Assembly: GCA_963841565.1 (NCBI GenBank)
Contig: CAWJCY010000003.1
Location: 64,001-128,000, forward strand
Source: an uncultured Nitrososphaerales archaeon
GTDB lineage: Archaea; Thermoproteota; Nitrososphaeria; Nitrososphaerales; Nitrososphaeraceae
Reading direction: 5' to 3'
DNA length: 64,000 nt
Below the pieces are notes generated by a model, which had not been told where the DNA came from, searched no databases, and saw only the letters and a list, made by a program, of their open reading frames with translations. The translations under genes and the position numbers were made by a program. Positions 20,103-29,653 of the stretch are shown here, piece after piece (the stretch's first letter is position 1; each line of letters opens with the position of its first letter).

Positions 20103-21407
20103 ATGTCTAAGAGCGTTACCTCAGAAACTAAATGGGATTCAGTAAGAAGATATAAACTTACACGAATGATAAATGAGCTGTCGGGTATTTCTGGACATGG
20201 TACTGAGCTTGTTACCGTCTATATCCCTCCTAGAAGACCAATTTATGATGTCATCGCTCAACTTAGAACAGAAGCAGGAACGGCCTCTAACATTAAGTCC
20301 GATTTGACAAGAACACACGTTCAAGATGCATTGAGCAGGACGGTAGAGCAACTGAAGTTGTTCAAGGAGACGCCAGAAAATGGTTTGATTATATTTTGTG
20401 GCGCGCTACCAACTGGGAAAGGGATAGGGACTGAGAAAATCGAAATATTTCCGGTTATGCCTCCTAAACCTGTACAGATCCAGCTGTACAGATGTGACGA
20501 CCATTTTTGGACCGATCATTTGAAGGATATGTTAAAGGATGATAAGGCAATGGGGCTTCTCACAATTGATACCCAAGAAGCAGGTCTAGGAGTATTATCG
20601 GGTGATAGGTGGCAAGTAGAGGACACGTTAACTTCAGGTGTGTCAGGTAAACATAGACAAGGCGGCCAATCAGCACGAAGATTTGAACGGTTAAGGGATA
20701 ACGAGCTAAATGAGTATTACAAGAGAATAGCGGAAAGGGCTCATCGGATTTTGATTGATCAACATAAAGTCAAGGGATTAATCGTAGGAGGCCCAGGACC
20801 CACGAAAGATACCTTTCTCAAAGAAGAATATTTGGACTATCGACTTCAAGGCAACGTTGTAGCCGTACTCGATACTTCGTATTCGGGTGAAGAGGGTGTA
20901 AGGGAGTTGGTTGACAAAGTCAACGATGAAGGTGTCATGGATGGATATCGGTTGATGGAGGAGAAGAAGATTGTGAAAAGATTTATGAAGGAAGTTTATT
21001 CGGACAAGGGATTGGGGATCTATGGCGTAAATGACGTCATCAAGGCCTTGCGAAGTGGGATCGTGGAACTTGTTATAGTTACTGACGATATTTCGGTTGC
21101 AGTAGTAGAGGCGAATTGCAGGAAATGCGGGAACCGCGATATCGAAATAGTAGAGAGACCTCGTCTACTGATGGCAAGGCAAGAATTGCTCTCTAGTTCA
21201 TGCAAAAATTGTGGGAACCCTGATCATGAAACCAAAGAGAGAGACATTGTAGAATATTTGGAAGAACTCTCCAATTCAACAGGAGCAGGGTTGGAAATAA
21301 TTTCGGGTAAATCTGAGGAAGGGGCTCAAGTTTCTAGTCTTGGAAAAGTGGGAGCAATCCTCAGGTTTAGGCCTACTATCAATCAAACAGGCGGTTCAAA
21401 CTTTTGA
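20103..21407 (+). CDS. prf1: Peptide chain release factor aRF1
   Basis: TASNIKS, YRCD and GGQS motifs; zinc-ribbon insert in domain 3. Confidence 0.98.
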   Translation: MSKSVTSETKWDSVRRYKLTRMINELSGISGHGTELVTVYIPPRRPIYDVIAQLRTEAGTASNIKSDLTRTHVQDALSRTVEQLKLFKETPENGLIIFCGALPTGKGIGTEKIEIFPVMPPKPVQIQLYRCDDHFWTDHLKDMLKDDKAMGLLTIDTQEAGLGVLSGDRWQVEDTLTSGVSGKHRQGGQSARRFERLRDNELNEYYKRIAERAHRILIDQHKVKGLIVGGPGPTKDTFLKEEYLDYRLQGNVVAVLDTSYSGEEGVRELVDKVNDEGVMDGYRLMEEKKIVKRFMKEVYSDKGLGIYGVNDVIKALRSGIVELVIVTDDISVAVVEANCRKCGNRDIEIVERPRLLMARQELLSSSCKNCGNPDHETKERDIVEYLEELSNSTGAGLEIISGKSEEGAQVSSLGKVGAILRFRPTINQTGGSNF

Positions 21408-21522
21408 CCAAGACTCATCTTCCGCCCTGTGCTTAACTGAGCATGATGCCTCTCCTATCTCGCTAGGCCCAATGAGGTCGATAACCTTTTAGATTATAGA
21501 TGCTGTATGTTCTTCAAGAACC

Positions 21523-21702
21523 ATGAATCTGTGTTACATTTGCAATTCGAAGGCTGGAAGCAAATTTTGCCCAGTATGTAATCGGCCAGTTTGTAAGAAC
21601 TGCATGAAGAATTTCCCGTTCTCTGAAAGCCTATGTTTAGAATGCTCAAAGGAAATAAGAACAGGACTCGGAGGCGTACGAAAGGATGAGGAGATATTTT
21701 AG
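21523..21702 (+). CDS. 59-aa four-CxxC zinc-finger microprotein (not in ORF track)
   Basis: Own translation: MNLCYICNSKAGSKFCPVCNRPVCKNCMKNFPFSESLCLECSKEIRTGLGGVRKDEEIF. Confidence 0.75.
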   Translation: MNLCYICNSKAGSKFCPVCNRPVCKNCMKNFPFSESLCLECSKEIRTGLGGVRKDEEIF

Positions 21703-21919
21703 TGATTGACCTGGTTCGGTACCCCTATCCTTCCGGAAAATGATTCATGAGTGCCGACTTCTCATGCTATTTCAAATATAGGATCTCTAAAGCAATTGCG
21801 TTTGGTAGCACAATGCTTCTCCGTAAAATGATTAGCAGAATAGGAACGATAAATAGTTTGAAAGCTGTGTGATGCTACTGAATATCAACTGGAGGGTAAG
21901 GATTAACTGGGCACCAAGT

Positions 21920-22345
21920 TCATAAATTTTTCTTTATCTTGTCTGCTAATTCCTCAAGCTCCTTATAGCCTGTTACTTTTCTAGAAGGCCACTTACCATC
22001 TCGACTATCATTTTCATATCTTGGAATTATATGTACGTGGACATGAGGAACGATCTGATTTGCCGCTTTGCCGTTGTTTTGTCCAGTATTGAGGCCCTGT
22101 GCGCCAGTGGCATTATACACGGCCGATGCTATAGTATGGACCACCCTGTACAAATTTCCAACCTCGACCTCGGTCATCTGAAAAAGGTCACCATAATGAT
22201 ACTTGGGGAGCACAAGGGTATGCCCCGAGGTGATGGGATACTTGTCCATGAATGCCAGAAAAGTGTTATCTTCATAGACTTTCGCTACAGGGGATTGGCC
22301 TCTGATTATCGCACAGAAGACACAATACTTGTTCGTCTCAGACAT
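21920..22345 (-). CDS. HIT family nucleotide hydrolase
   Basis: CVFC, GHTLVLPK.H, HVHVHIIPR histidine triad. Confidence 0.95.
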   Translation of the reverse strand: MSETNKYCVFCAIIRGQSPVAKVYEDNTFLAFMDKYPITSGHTLVLPKYHYGDLFQMTEVEVGNLYRVVHTIASAVYNATGAQGLNTGQNNGKAANQIVPHVHVHIIPRYENDSRDGKWPSRKVTGYKELEELADKIKKNL

Positions 22346-22399
22346 CTATTTGACTTCTTATTGGACGACGGCTACGTTTATTTATTGTTTAGGGTTGAG

Positions 22400-22464
22400 G
22401 GGGTATTCTTTCTTGAAATAGAATACCCCTTACCTCTCAGCATATCTCATAAATATCATGAGAT
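22400..22464. promoter_or_regulatory. Two inverted repeats in divergent promoter region (candidate operators)
   Basis: GGGGTATTCT-N10-AGAATACCCC (22400-22429) and ATCTCAT-N7-ATGAGAT (22444-22464), the latter around an AT-rich TATA-like box. Confidence 0.4.
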
Positions 22465-22479
22465 TATCTTCATAACATT

Positions 22480-22668
22480 ATGGTAGAAACAGTAGAGCTA
22501 GAAACTTTTGATTTGGTCTTCTCATTTCATTGTCCGAAATGTGATTACTTGAATGAGGAGATTTCAGCAAACGATCTCCTCAATGGAAATGCAGAATGTG
22601 GAATGTGTGAAACTGAATTCAAAGTGGAAGGCCTAGATGGAATAAAAATTACTGCAACAATGGAGTAG
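22480..22668 (+). CDS. Small acidic zinc-ribbon protein
   Basis: HCPKCD...AECGMCETEF. Confidence 0.75.
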   Translation: MVETVELETFDLVFSFHCPKCDYLNEEISANDLLNGNAECGMCETEFKVEGLDGIKITATME

Positions 22669-22726
22669 TTTGATCACTATTTCCGGATCACTAATATTAA
22701 AATAAGTATCGCAAATCCTTATTCTT

Positions 22727-24403
22727 GTGAATTTACCAAGTCGCAAGGTTATAGAGGGTGGTGCAAGAGCACCACAAAGGTCATATTATAAATCCATGGG
22801 CCTGACGGACAATGATTTGTCAAAACCGATGGTAGCGGTATCTTCAACTTGCAACGAAGCTACTCCATGCAATATCCATCTCGGAAGGTTGGCACAGCAT
22901 GCAAAAAATGGAGTAAAAGATAGTGGCTGTACGCCTAGAGAATTTACAGCCATTTCAGTTTCGGATGGTATCGCGATGGGTCACGAAGGAATGAAAGCTT
23001 CGTTGGTTAGTAGAGAGATCATTGCGGATTCTATTGAAGTAATGATGATTGCTCACCAATATGACGCCCTTGTTGGGATATCGGGGTGTGATAAGAGTTT
23101 ACCAGGAACATTGATGGGTATGGCTCGCGTAAACGTTCCCTCCATATTCGTATATGGAGGTTCAATATTGCCAGGTATCTGGAACGGCAAACAAGTTACT
23201 ATACAAGATGTTTTTGAAGCTGTCGGTAGTTATGAAGCCGGTAAGATGAGTATGGCGGAGCTCGTTAGTTTGGAAAATGTTGCATGCCCTTCTGCCGGCT
23301 CATGTGCAGGTATGTACACGGCCAATACGATGGCATCTGTGGGGGAGGCAATTGGCATGTCGTTGCCAGGCAGCTCTACTGCACCAGCAGAAAGCGAGAA
23401 AAGAACCTCTTTGTGTTATACAACAGGAAAAGCAATCGGCGCGCTTATCGAAAATAACATTCGACCAAAGGATATCATGACGTTTGAAGCCTTTGAAAAT
23501 GGAATCGCCATGGCGAATGCTATCGGTGGATCTACTAATGCTGTGTTGCATCTGGTCGCCTTGGCAAGAGAAGTAGGTATAAACTTGACACTGTCAGATT
23601 TTGAGAGAATTAGAAAGCGAACGCCGCATATTGCAAATATGAGGCCAGGTGGATCTTATGTGATGATTGATCTCGAAGAGATAGGGGGCATACCCTTGAT
23701 CATGAAGATGCTTTACGAACGTGGTCTTTTCAATGGCGAAGCGATTACAGTAACTGGTAAGAGTATGAAGGAAAATCTGGATCACGTTGAGGTCGATTTA
23801 TCAGATCACAGTCAGTTGGTTGCCCCGGTAAGTGCACCTCTTCATTCGCAGGGAACGCTTAAGGTCTTGAGCGGTACATTGGCACCAGATGGAGCAGTAG
23901 TTAAAATTGCTGGGCTCGATACAGCTCGCTTTCGTGGAGAAGCGAAGGTGTTTGATGCAGAAGAGGAAGCATTTGGAGCAGTTTCAAAGGGATTAGTAAC
24001 TGAAGGTGATGTAGTGGTCATCAGATATGAAGGTCCCAAAGGAGGCCCAGGAATGAGAGAAATGCTGGCGGTAACTGCAGCTCTTGTGGGGCAGGGACTA
24101 GGCCAGAAGGTTGCGATGGTGACTGACGGGAGATTCTCAGGAGCGACAAGAGGCCTTATGATAGGCCATGTTTCGCCAGAGGCTATGGAGGGTGGACCTA
24201 TTGCGATCGTTAAGACTGGCGATCAAATAGAGATAGATATTGAAAAAGGAACCGTTGACCTTATGGTGGATAGTGCCACAATTGAGGCGAGATTCAAGGA
24301 TTGGAAACCGATCGCAAATCGATATCTATCAGGAGTTTTGGCAAAATATGCATCATTGGTCCAGTCCGCGTCTGACGGTGCGATAACTCTCCCCTGTGAG
24401 TGA
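22727..24403 (+). CDS. ilvD: Dihydroxy-acid dehydratase
   Basis: PCNIHL, SDGIAMGHEGM, CDKSLPG, CAGMYTANTM, GGSTN, TDGRFSG. Confidence 0.98.
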   Translation: MNLPSRKVIEGGARAPQRSYYKSMGLTDNDLSKPMVAVSSTCNEATPCNIHLGRLAQHAKNGVKDSGCTPREFTAISVSDGIAMGHEGMKASLVSREIIADSIEVMMIAHQYDALVGISGCDKSLPGTLMGMARVNVPSIFVYGGSILPGIWNGKQVTIQDVFEAVGSYEAGKMSMAELVSLENVACPSAGSCAGMYTANTMASVGEAIGMSLPGSSTAPAESEKRTSLCYTTGKAIGALIENNIRPKDIMTFEAFENGIAMANAIGGSTNAVLHLVALAREVGINLTLSDFERIRKRTPHIANMRPGGSYVMIDLEEIGGIPLIMKMLYERGLFNGEAITVTGKSMKENLDHVEVDLSDHSQLVAPVSAPLHSQGTLKVLSGTLAPDGAVVKIAGLDTARFRGEAKVFDAEEEAFGAVSKGLVTEGDVVVIRYEGPKGGPGMREMLAVTAALVGQGLGQKVAMVTDGRFSGATRGLMIGHVSPEAMEGGPIAIVKTGDQIEIDIEKGTVDLMVDSATIEARFKDWKPIANRYLSGVLAKYASLVQSASDGAITLPCE

Positions 24404-24480
24404 GAGACCATAGTGAATTTCTTTTCGACCTTCAAGATTCAATGAAGATGTATAAATATGAACAATGAGGTCGGTTATAT

Positions 24481-25695
24481 ATGATAAAAATTGGGCTAAT
24501 AGGTAAGACCAATACTGGTAAGACCACTTTCTTTAACTCTGCTTCCCTTTCATCTGCAGATATCTCCAACTATCCGTTTACCACGAAGGTCCCTTCAGTC
24601 GCGAATGCAAATGCGATTACATTGTGTGTTCATAAGGAACTCGGAGTCAATGACAATCCACGTAATTCACGCTGTGTAGATGGCTGGAGATTCATTCCAA
24701 TAGAGATTGTCGACCTCCCTGGATTAATAAAAGGTGCTTGGGAAGGAAAAGGTTTAGGAAATCAATTCCTCTCTGTTGCAGCCCAATCTGACGCCCTACT
24801 TCACATAGTCGACGTCTCGGGAAGTATTGAGGCATCGGGAAGAGTCGCCGAACCGGGCACCGGAGATCCTATTGCGGATATAGCAGATATTGAAGAGGAA
24901 TTGGTTATGTGGTATCTAAAGCTGTTTGAAGGAAATCGTGATAAGATTGCACGCTCGATCCATTCCGGAGTAGATACGATAAATTCTATTACTGAAATTT
25001 TTAGAGGAATCGGGGTAAAGGAACATCACGTGAAGGCTGCAATTATATCAAACAATCTGACTGATACAAAGATTGATGATTTTAGCTCTGAAATTACCAA
25101 GGATTTCGTCTGGTCTCTACGAGAGCTCTCAAAACCGACTCTGATAGTTGCAAACAAAGTTGACCTACCGGCCTCTTCAGATAATTTCAGAAGACTGAGA
25201 GAAGAATACAAGGATCTAATCATTGTGCCTGCGAGTGCAGACGCCGAACTAACGTTGAGGAGGGCAGAACACAGGGGGTTGATCAAGTACCTTCCTGGTG
25301 ACGAACGGTTTGAAATCTTAGAACAGAGTGGATTGAACGAAAAGCAAAAATGGGCCCTCAATTTTATCCGAAGAGATATTCTTGGGGAATATATGAGAAC
25401 GGGTGTCCAATTTGCAATAAACGTCGCTGTTATGAAATTGCTAAGAATGAACACTGTATATCCAGTGGCTAATCCTTCAAAGTACTCGGATAGGAACGGG
25501 CAAGTCTTACCCGACGTTTATCTCATGGAGGCTGGGTCAACTGTTGAAGATCTTGCGAATACTGTTCATAGCGACCTATCTCGAGGTCTACTCTATGCAG
25601 TGGATGCAAGGGATGGATTGAGGCTCCCAGTCAATTATCACTTGAAGGATCGAGACGTGTTATCTATCGTCTCATCAGGTAGAAAGAAAAGGTGA
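24481..25695 (+). CDS. Archaeal YchF-related OBG-family translation-associated GTPase with TGS domain
   Basis: GKTNTGKTT, YPFTT, DLPGLI, NKVD, C-terminal TGS (VHSDL...LKDRDVLSI). Confidence 0.9.
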   Translation: MIKIGLIGKTNTGKTTFFNSASLSSADISNYPFTTKVPSVANANAITLCVHKELGVNDNPRNSRCVDGWRFIPIEIVDLPGLIKGAWEGKGLGNQFLSVAAQSDALLHIVDVSGSIEASGRVAEPGTGDPIADIADIEEELVMWYLKLFEGNRDKIARSIHSGVDTINSITEIFRGIGVKEHHVKAAIISNNLTDTKIDDFSSEITKDFVWSLRELSKPTLIVANKVDLPASSDNFRRLREEYKDLIIVPASADAELTLRRAEHRGLIKYLPGDERFEILEQSGLNEKQKWALNFIRRDILGEYMRTGVQFAINVAVMKLLRMNTVYPVANPSKYSDRNGQVLPDVYLMEAGSTVEDLANTVHSDLSRGLLYAVDARDGLRLPVNYHLKDRDVLSIVSSGRKKR

Positions 25696-25775
25696 TCCAT
25701 TCCCGTTCCGTCACAACAATACCATTTTTAATTAAGATAGGCTTTTATTTCCATTGCCTACAAAGAAGTTTAAGA

Positions 25776-25943
25776 TTGTCTGATTCAGGAATTCTTGGAG
25801 GAGTGGTCTATGAATGTATGCGCTGCGGCACACACGTCACCGTTGAAGAGCTCTCTAGGTTGCCGGAAATTAAATGTATATGTGGCTTCAGAGTCTTTAG
25901 AAAGGCCAGACAACCTATTGTTAAGCAGCTAAAAGCGGTCTAG
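25776..25943 (+). CDS. rpoP: DNA-directed RNA polymerase subunit P (Rpo12)
   Basis: YECMRCG...IKCICGFRVFRKAR; likely TTG start at 25776. Confidence 0.88.
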   Translation: MSDSGILGGVVYECMRCGTHVTVEELSRLPEIKCICGFRVFRKARQPIVKQLKAV

Positions 25944-26020
25944 CCTACTTATCTGCTTCATTTCGTGTTGAAGGCTATGTCCATACATTTTTAGCGCGCC
26001 TTTGAGAATACATTAGTAGT

Positions 26021-26192
26021 ATGAAAGTGAAGTGTCCGGATTGTGAAGGCATAGCAGAGTCTATCTGATAACTTCAGTTTTGTGCGATGTGAAAAATGTC
26101 ATTTGGACTTGACTTATGGTGAGTATGTAAAGTACATTGGAAAGAAAAATCCCGTGTACAAGGACATACTCAGCGATTACAAACTGCGCTAG
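26021..26192 (+). CDS. Zinc-ribbon microprotein with one-base insertion near 26060 (not in ORF track)
   Basis: Repaired translation MKVKCPDCEGIAE-LSDNFSFVRCEKCHLDLTYGEYVKYIGKKNPVYKDILSDYKLR. Confidence 0.65.
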
Positions 26193-26390
26193 TGACAAGG
26201 TTTGGTAGCCAGATGATTAGCTCTTGTTGTTCCTGTGGTCGTAATTCTAAATCTCTTCTACTTGTATTTCGTGAGGAACATTGGATTTATTTTTAATCTA
26301 TTCATCTATGATTAGTCAGCTGATTCATTCCTACTTTCCTTTTCGTAATAGTCAACTTTCTAATTTACTAGAAATAGTGCGAGGCCCAGC

Positions 26391-26419
26391 AAAAAAATCC
26401 TTTTCGGGAAGACCGAAAA
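26391..26419 (-). terminator. Hairpin plus U-tract downstream of psmB
   Basis: Minus strand TTTTCGG-TCTTC-CCGAAAA followed by GGATTTTTTT, about 30 nt after the psmB stop. Confidence 0.5.
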
Positions 26420-26449
26420 ATGTAGACAAAGCTCGTGTCCGGGTACGAT

Positions 26450-27052
26450 CTACTTATCGAAGCTAAGCGATTCTTGTGCATGTCCACCCTTGGTTATTAC
26501 TAGCAAATCTATCCCGTCGCCGCTTGCAGAATCTCTCTGTATCGAAGACCTGATAGCCTTTAACGCAAGATCCTTCGATTGTTCAGCCGTAATGCTTGAC
26601 TTGTATTCAGAGTCAAGAACGCCTAATGCCATTTCTGCACCAGTTCCCACCGCAGCATACTCATCGGGAAGAACCGAGCCTAGCGGGTCTAATGTATAGA
26701 TCTGCGATTTTGCGTCTACTCCACCCACAATAACTTGTGTAAGAAGTGGGAAAAATCTGCGTTCAAACATTATAACAGACATCAACTTCGCCACAGAATT
26801 TGTTGCAACATTTCGCCTTGTTTCAAGCTTTCTAATTTTTGCCAATGCCTCAACTTGTCTGACCAATACTTGCATATCTGCTATCATACCAGCGCATGCA
26901 GCTCCGACACTCTCTGTGACAGAAAATATTTTCCTTGTTTGCTTATTAATAACGAAGTTCCCGTACGAGACACGTTTTTCAGCAGCTAAGGTAACGCCAT
27001 TAGCGAACGATATCCCAACTGCAGTTGCCCCTGGCATAAATTGAAAAGCCAT
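26450..27052 (-). CDS. psmB: 20S proteasome beta subunit (GAT-AVG type, likely non-catalytic beta paralogue)
   Basis: GATAVGI, AAEKR, AGMIADMQ, DPLGS, AVGTG, RDSASGDG. Confidence 0.95.
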   Translation of the reverse strand: MAFQFMPGATAVGISFANGVTLAAEKRVSYGNFVINKQTRKIFSVTESVGAACAGMIADMQVLVRQVEALAKIRKLETRRNVATNSVAKLMSVIMFERRFFPLLTQVIVGGVDAKSQIYTLDPLGSVLPDEYAAVGTGAEMALGVLDSEYKSSITAEQSKDLALKAIRSSIQRDSASGDGIDLLVITKGGHAQESLSFDK

Positions 27053-27128
27053 TTATTTCGTCATTATATCCGAGTGTAGTTAGATTTAGTCCTTTCTATC
27101 GAAGGGGTTTGTTCGAGCTATCTTGGTA

Positions 27129-28853
27129 TCACTGCTTCTTCACAACGGAGTGGTCGTGTATCCTGATCGCTTCAGCAATTAACCTATTCTGTAGCTCTAA
27201 TGCCTCTTTTGCTTCAGGATGCTTGGCTTCAGCGAGAGCCTCAGCAACAATCCTTATTATGTGTCGCAATAAAAATTCATCGCCTCTTCTGGCCTCTGAT
27301 TGATATGCTGAATTAGCCTTGTTGACAAAAACGACGTTCTCGCTTCTAAAGCTGTATCTTGAATCGGTTTCATCCTCATAAGGAATTACCTTATATCCCA
27401 CTTTTTTCAAGGCGAATGTTTTCCTAATGATCGGTTTTCTGAACCTCTTTATAGTGGATATTCCAGTTGTTTGCTGTAATTTATCCTCAATGTCAGGCGA
27501 AGCCTCGAGTAGCGAATCATAATTTATGCCAAATTTGGAAAACGTGCCTGACCCAGGTTCTACGTCGTCGTTTATCCCTTTAGTACCGACTTCACCGTCC
27601 ATAGACTTCTCTCTTCGATCGGAAATCGAGCCAAGACTGTTAGTGTCTAGGCCAGATTCCACGTCGTTTCGACCTTCACTAGGATATTGACTCTGGCTCG
27701 TCGAACTGATAATCTGACTGGGCGAACCAATTTCATTGCTTGTAGAAATTCTTCCGCCTGTTGCAACTTCCAATTTATCGCCAGCTCTGACCTCTTCTGT
27801 AACATCGACTAACTGAAATCCTTCAATTTCCTCTTCTCCTTCTAAGTTCTCAAACAAGGCTTGTCCTAATGCTTTATCAATTTCTTTGTAAATCTTCGAT
27901 TCCTCTCTAGTAATCAAGACATCCTCGTATTCAGACAAGCTAGGAATTACGATATCCTTGACGAACTGCTTCATTGTACTACGAAAGGCGTGATACTCAT
28001 CATCCTCAATTAATGCAGATTTGTCTGCAAAACGAGATGTCAGAGAATCACATCTAACGATTCCAGTTATCCTGCTCAATCTTGAATCAAGATCAAACGA
28101 AGTACGAGTAACTATGTGATTTCGTATCATGATTCCAATACCTCTTTCTTCTTCTGATAGGGGTCTCTTGGCGATTATAATTTCTCCAACAATACGGGGC
28201 GACTCAATATTGACAGGAATTCTGTGACCTTGAATGTCAGGGGGGGTGATCATCTGAGCATCAGCAAGATCCCACTCCCTAAAACTATTTGCGCTTTTCC
28301 AATATACTTCAAATAGAGGGTAGCGAAGAATAGCCAACTTTCTGATTTCCTTGACTAATTTAGTTGGATCTATGTTCACCTTAGAATTGCTTAAAGTCAA
28401 TTCCGTACCATTGCGGGTCAGGAGCGGTTCGTAAAGCTCTTTCAATCTCGAGTTTCCCTTGTACAGTTCGTCAAGTGATGTAGAATCAATCACGATTGAT
28501 TTTCTAAATCCATCCCTTTTTGTTCGCATTTTCATGCTATCGAAGGACGTCAAGAAGGATAAACGACCAGTGCCATACCTGCCTGTCCTGGTTCTTTTCA
28601 ATCTAGGAGAGATAAAATCATTCTTCTTGTGAGGAGAGCCTAGAACTAGAAATTTATCCATGCCATCTTCATCCATGCCGGCATCATCTTCAATCACGAT
28701 GGTACCGTCACTGACAATAGTTATCAATACCTTGGTTGCATCCTCGTCAAATGCGTTTTCGATCATTTCTTTTATAATATCATTTGGAGAGACCCAGGTT
28801 TTAGTTGCAAATTCTTTGAAGAAAGATGGATGCACCTTGAGTTCAACTGTCAT
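27129..28853 (-). CDS. GHKL (Hsp90/MORC-like) ATPase of unknown function
   Basis: N-box KEMIENAFDEDA, G1 IEDDAGM, G2 GRYGTG, G3 NGTELTL; S5-like region; long low-complexity linker; helical C-terminal domain. Confidence 0.8.
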   Translation of the reverse strand: MTVELKVHPSFFKEFATKTWVSPNDIIKEMIENAFDEDATKVLITIVSDGTIVIEDDAGMDEDGMDKFLVLGSPHKKNDFISPRLKRTRTGRYGTGRLSFLTSFDSMKMRTKRDGFRKSIVIDSTSLDELYKGNSRLKELYEPLLTRNGTELTLSNSKVNIDPTKLVKEIRKLAILRYPLFEVYWKSANSFREWDLADAQMITPPDIQGHRIPVNIESPRIVGEIIIAKRPLSEEERGIGIMIRNHIVTRTSFDLDSRLSRITGIVRCDSLTSRFADKSALIEDDEYHAFRSTMKQFVKDIVIPSLSEYEDVLITREESKIYKEIDKALGQALFENLEGEEEIEGFQLVDVTEEVRAGDKLEVATGGRISTSNEIGSPSQIISSTSQSQYPSEGRNDVESGLDTNSLGSISDRREKSMDGEVGTKGINDDVEPGSGTFSKFGINYDSLLEASPDIEDKLQQTTGISTIKRFRKPIIRKTFALKKVGYKVIPYEDETDSRYSFRSENVVFVNKANSAYQSEARRGDEFLLRHIIRIVAEALAEAKHPEAKEALELQNRLIAEAIRIHDHSVVKKQ

Positions 28854-28993
28854 TTCTTATATCATGTACTGGTTCTCCCCTTTATCTATTGCGTAAAATC
28901 CTTGATACGCTCAGGCCGATACCGTTTTTCACTACAGATTTGAGAGGCTCGCACGAATGATTACAATGTTTATCGACCTCTTCATTATTCAGG

Positions 28994-29563
28994 TCATAGC
29001 CTCATTGGAATGATTGTGCCTGTATCTATAATTTTTCTTACATTTTCCTCGAGTAAATCGAATCTAATTCTGTAATATTGGCCTTGGCCTGTTTTAATTT
29101 TATCATGAGCCCTCCTCAAAATACCAATACATGTTTCGTTTTCGCCTTTCTGAAAATGGACGAAGGCTGCGGCAACTAAAATGACTCCATTAAGCAACCC
29201 TTTTTCTTTGCCGTCTGATTGTTTCCATACATTCTCAAGCACTTCGTGGCACTTCCAAAATCTCTCATCATTGAAGAGGACTCGTGCTCTATCGATAGCC
29301 TCTTCTTTAGAGAGATCTTCCTCCTTTATTATTTCGTAGCTATCGAATTCAGCAATTGTTGAAAGAGCATTTAGGACAATTCGATCTATTACTTCTTGTT
29401 CAGAAACACTCACATCAAATTCAATGAATCGCTGTGCTACTCTAACATCTCTTATGATAATATTGCTAGACTTTGGGATTCTTGTCCTAGCCTCTAATCG
29501 TACTGCCGGTGCATCAGAGGGCTTGAACTTTTGGTTTTTCAAATAAAGAAGATATCTTTCCAA
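28994..29563 (-). CDS. DUF309 family protein with N-terminal extension
   Basis: LFNDERFWKCHEVLENVW...GVILVAAAFVH. Confidence 0.88.
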   Translation of the reverse strand: MERYLLYLKNQKFKPSDAPAVRLEARTRIPKSSNIIIRDVRVAQRFIEFDVSVSEQEVIDRIVLNALSTIAEFDSYEIIKEEDLSKEEAIDRARVLFNDERFWKCHEVLENVWKQSDGKEKGLLNGVILVAAAFVHFQKGENETCIGILRRAHDKIKTGQGQYYRIRFDLLEENVRKIIDTGTIIPMRL

Positions 29564-29653
29564 TATTAACTTGCAAATTGAGGATCCACTATAAATTCAT
29601 GAAGAATGCGTAGGCAGTAGATTCACTGTCATTCCTCTCACGAATTAGCATTT

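Noticed and set aside
21408-21480. CTGA-GC-ATGATG (D'/C'-like) motif after prf1 as a C/D sRNA
   Set aside because: No convincing outer C and D boxes
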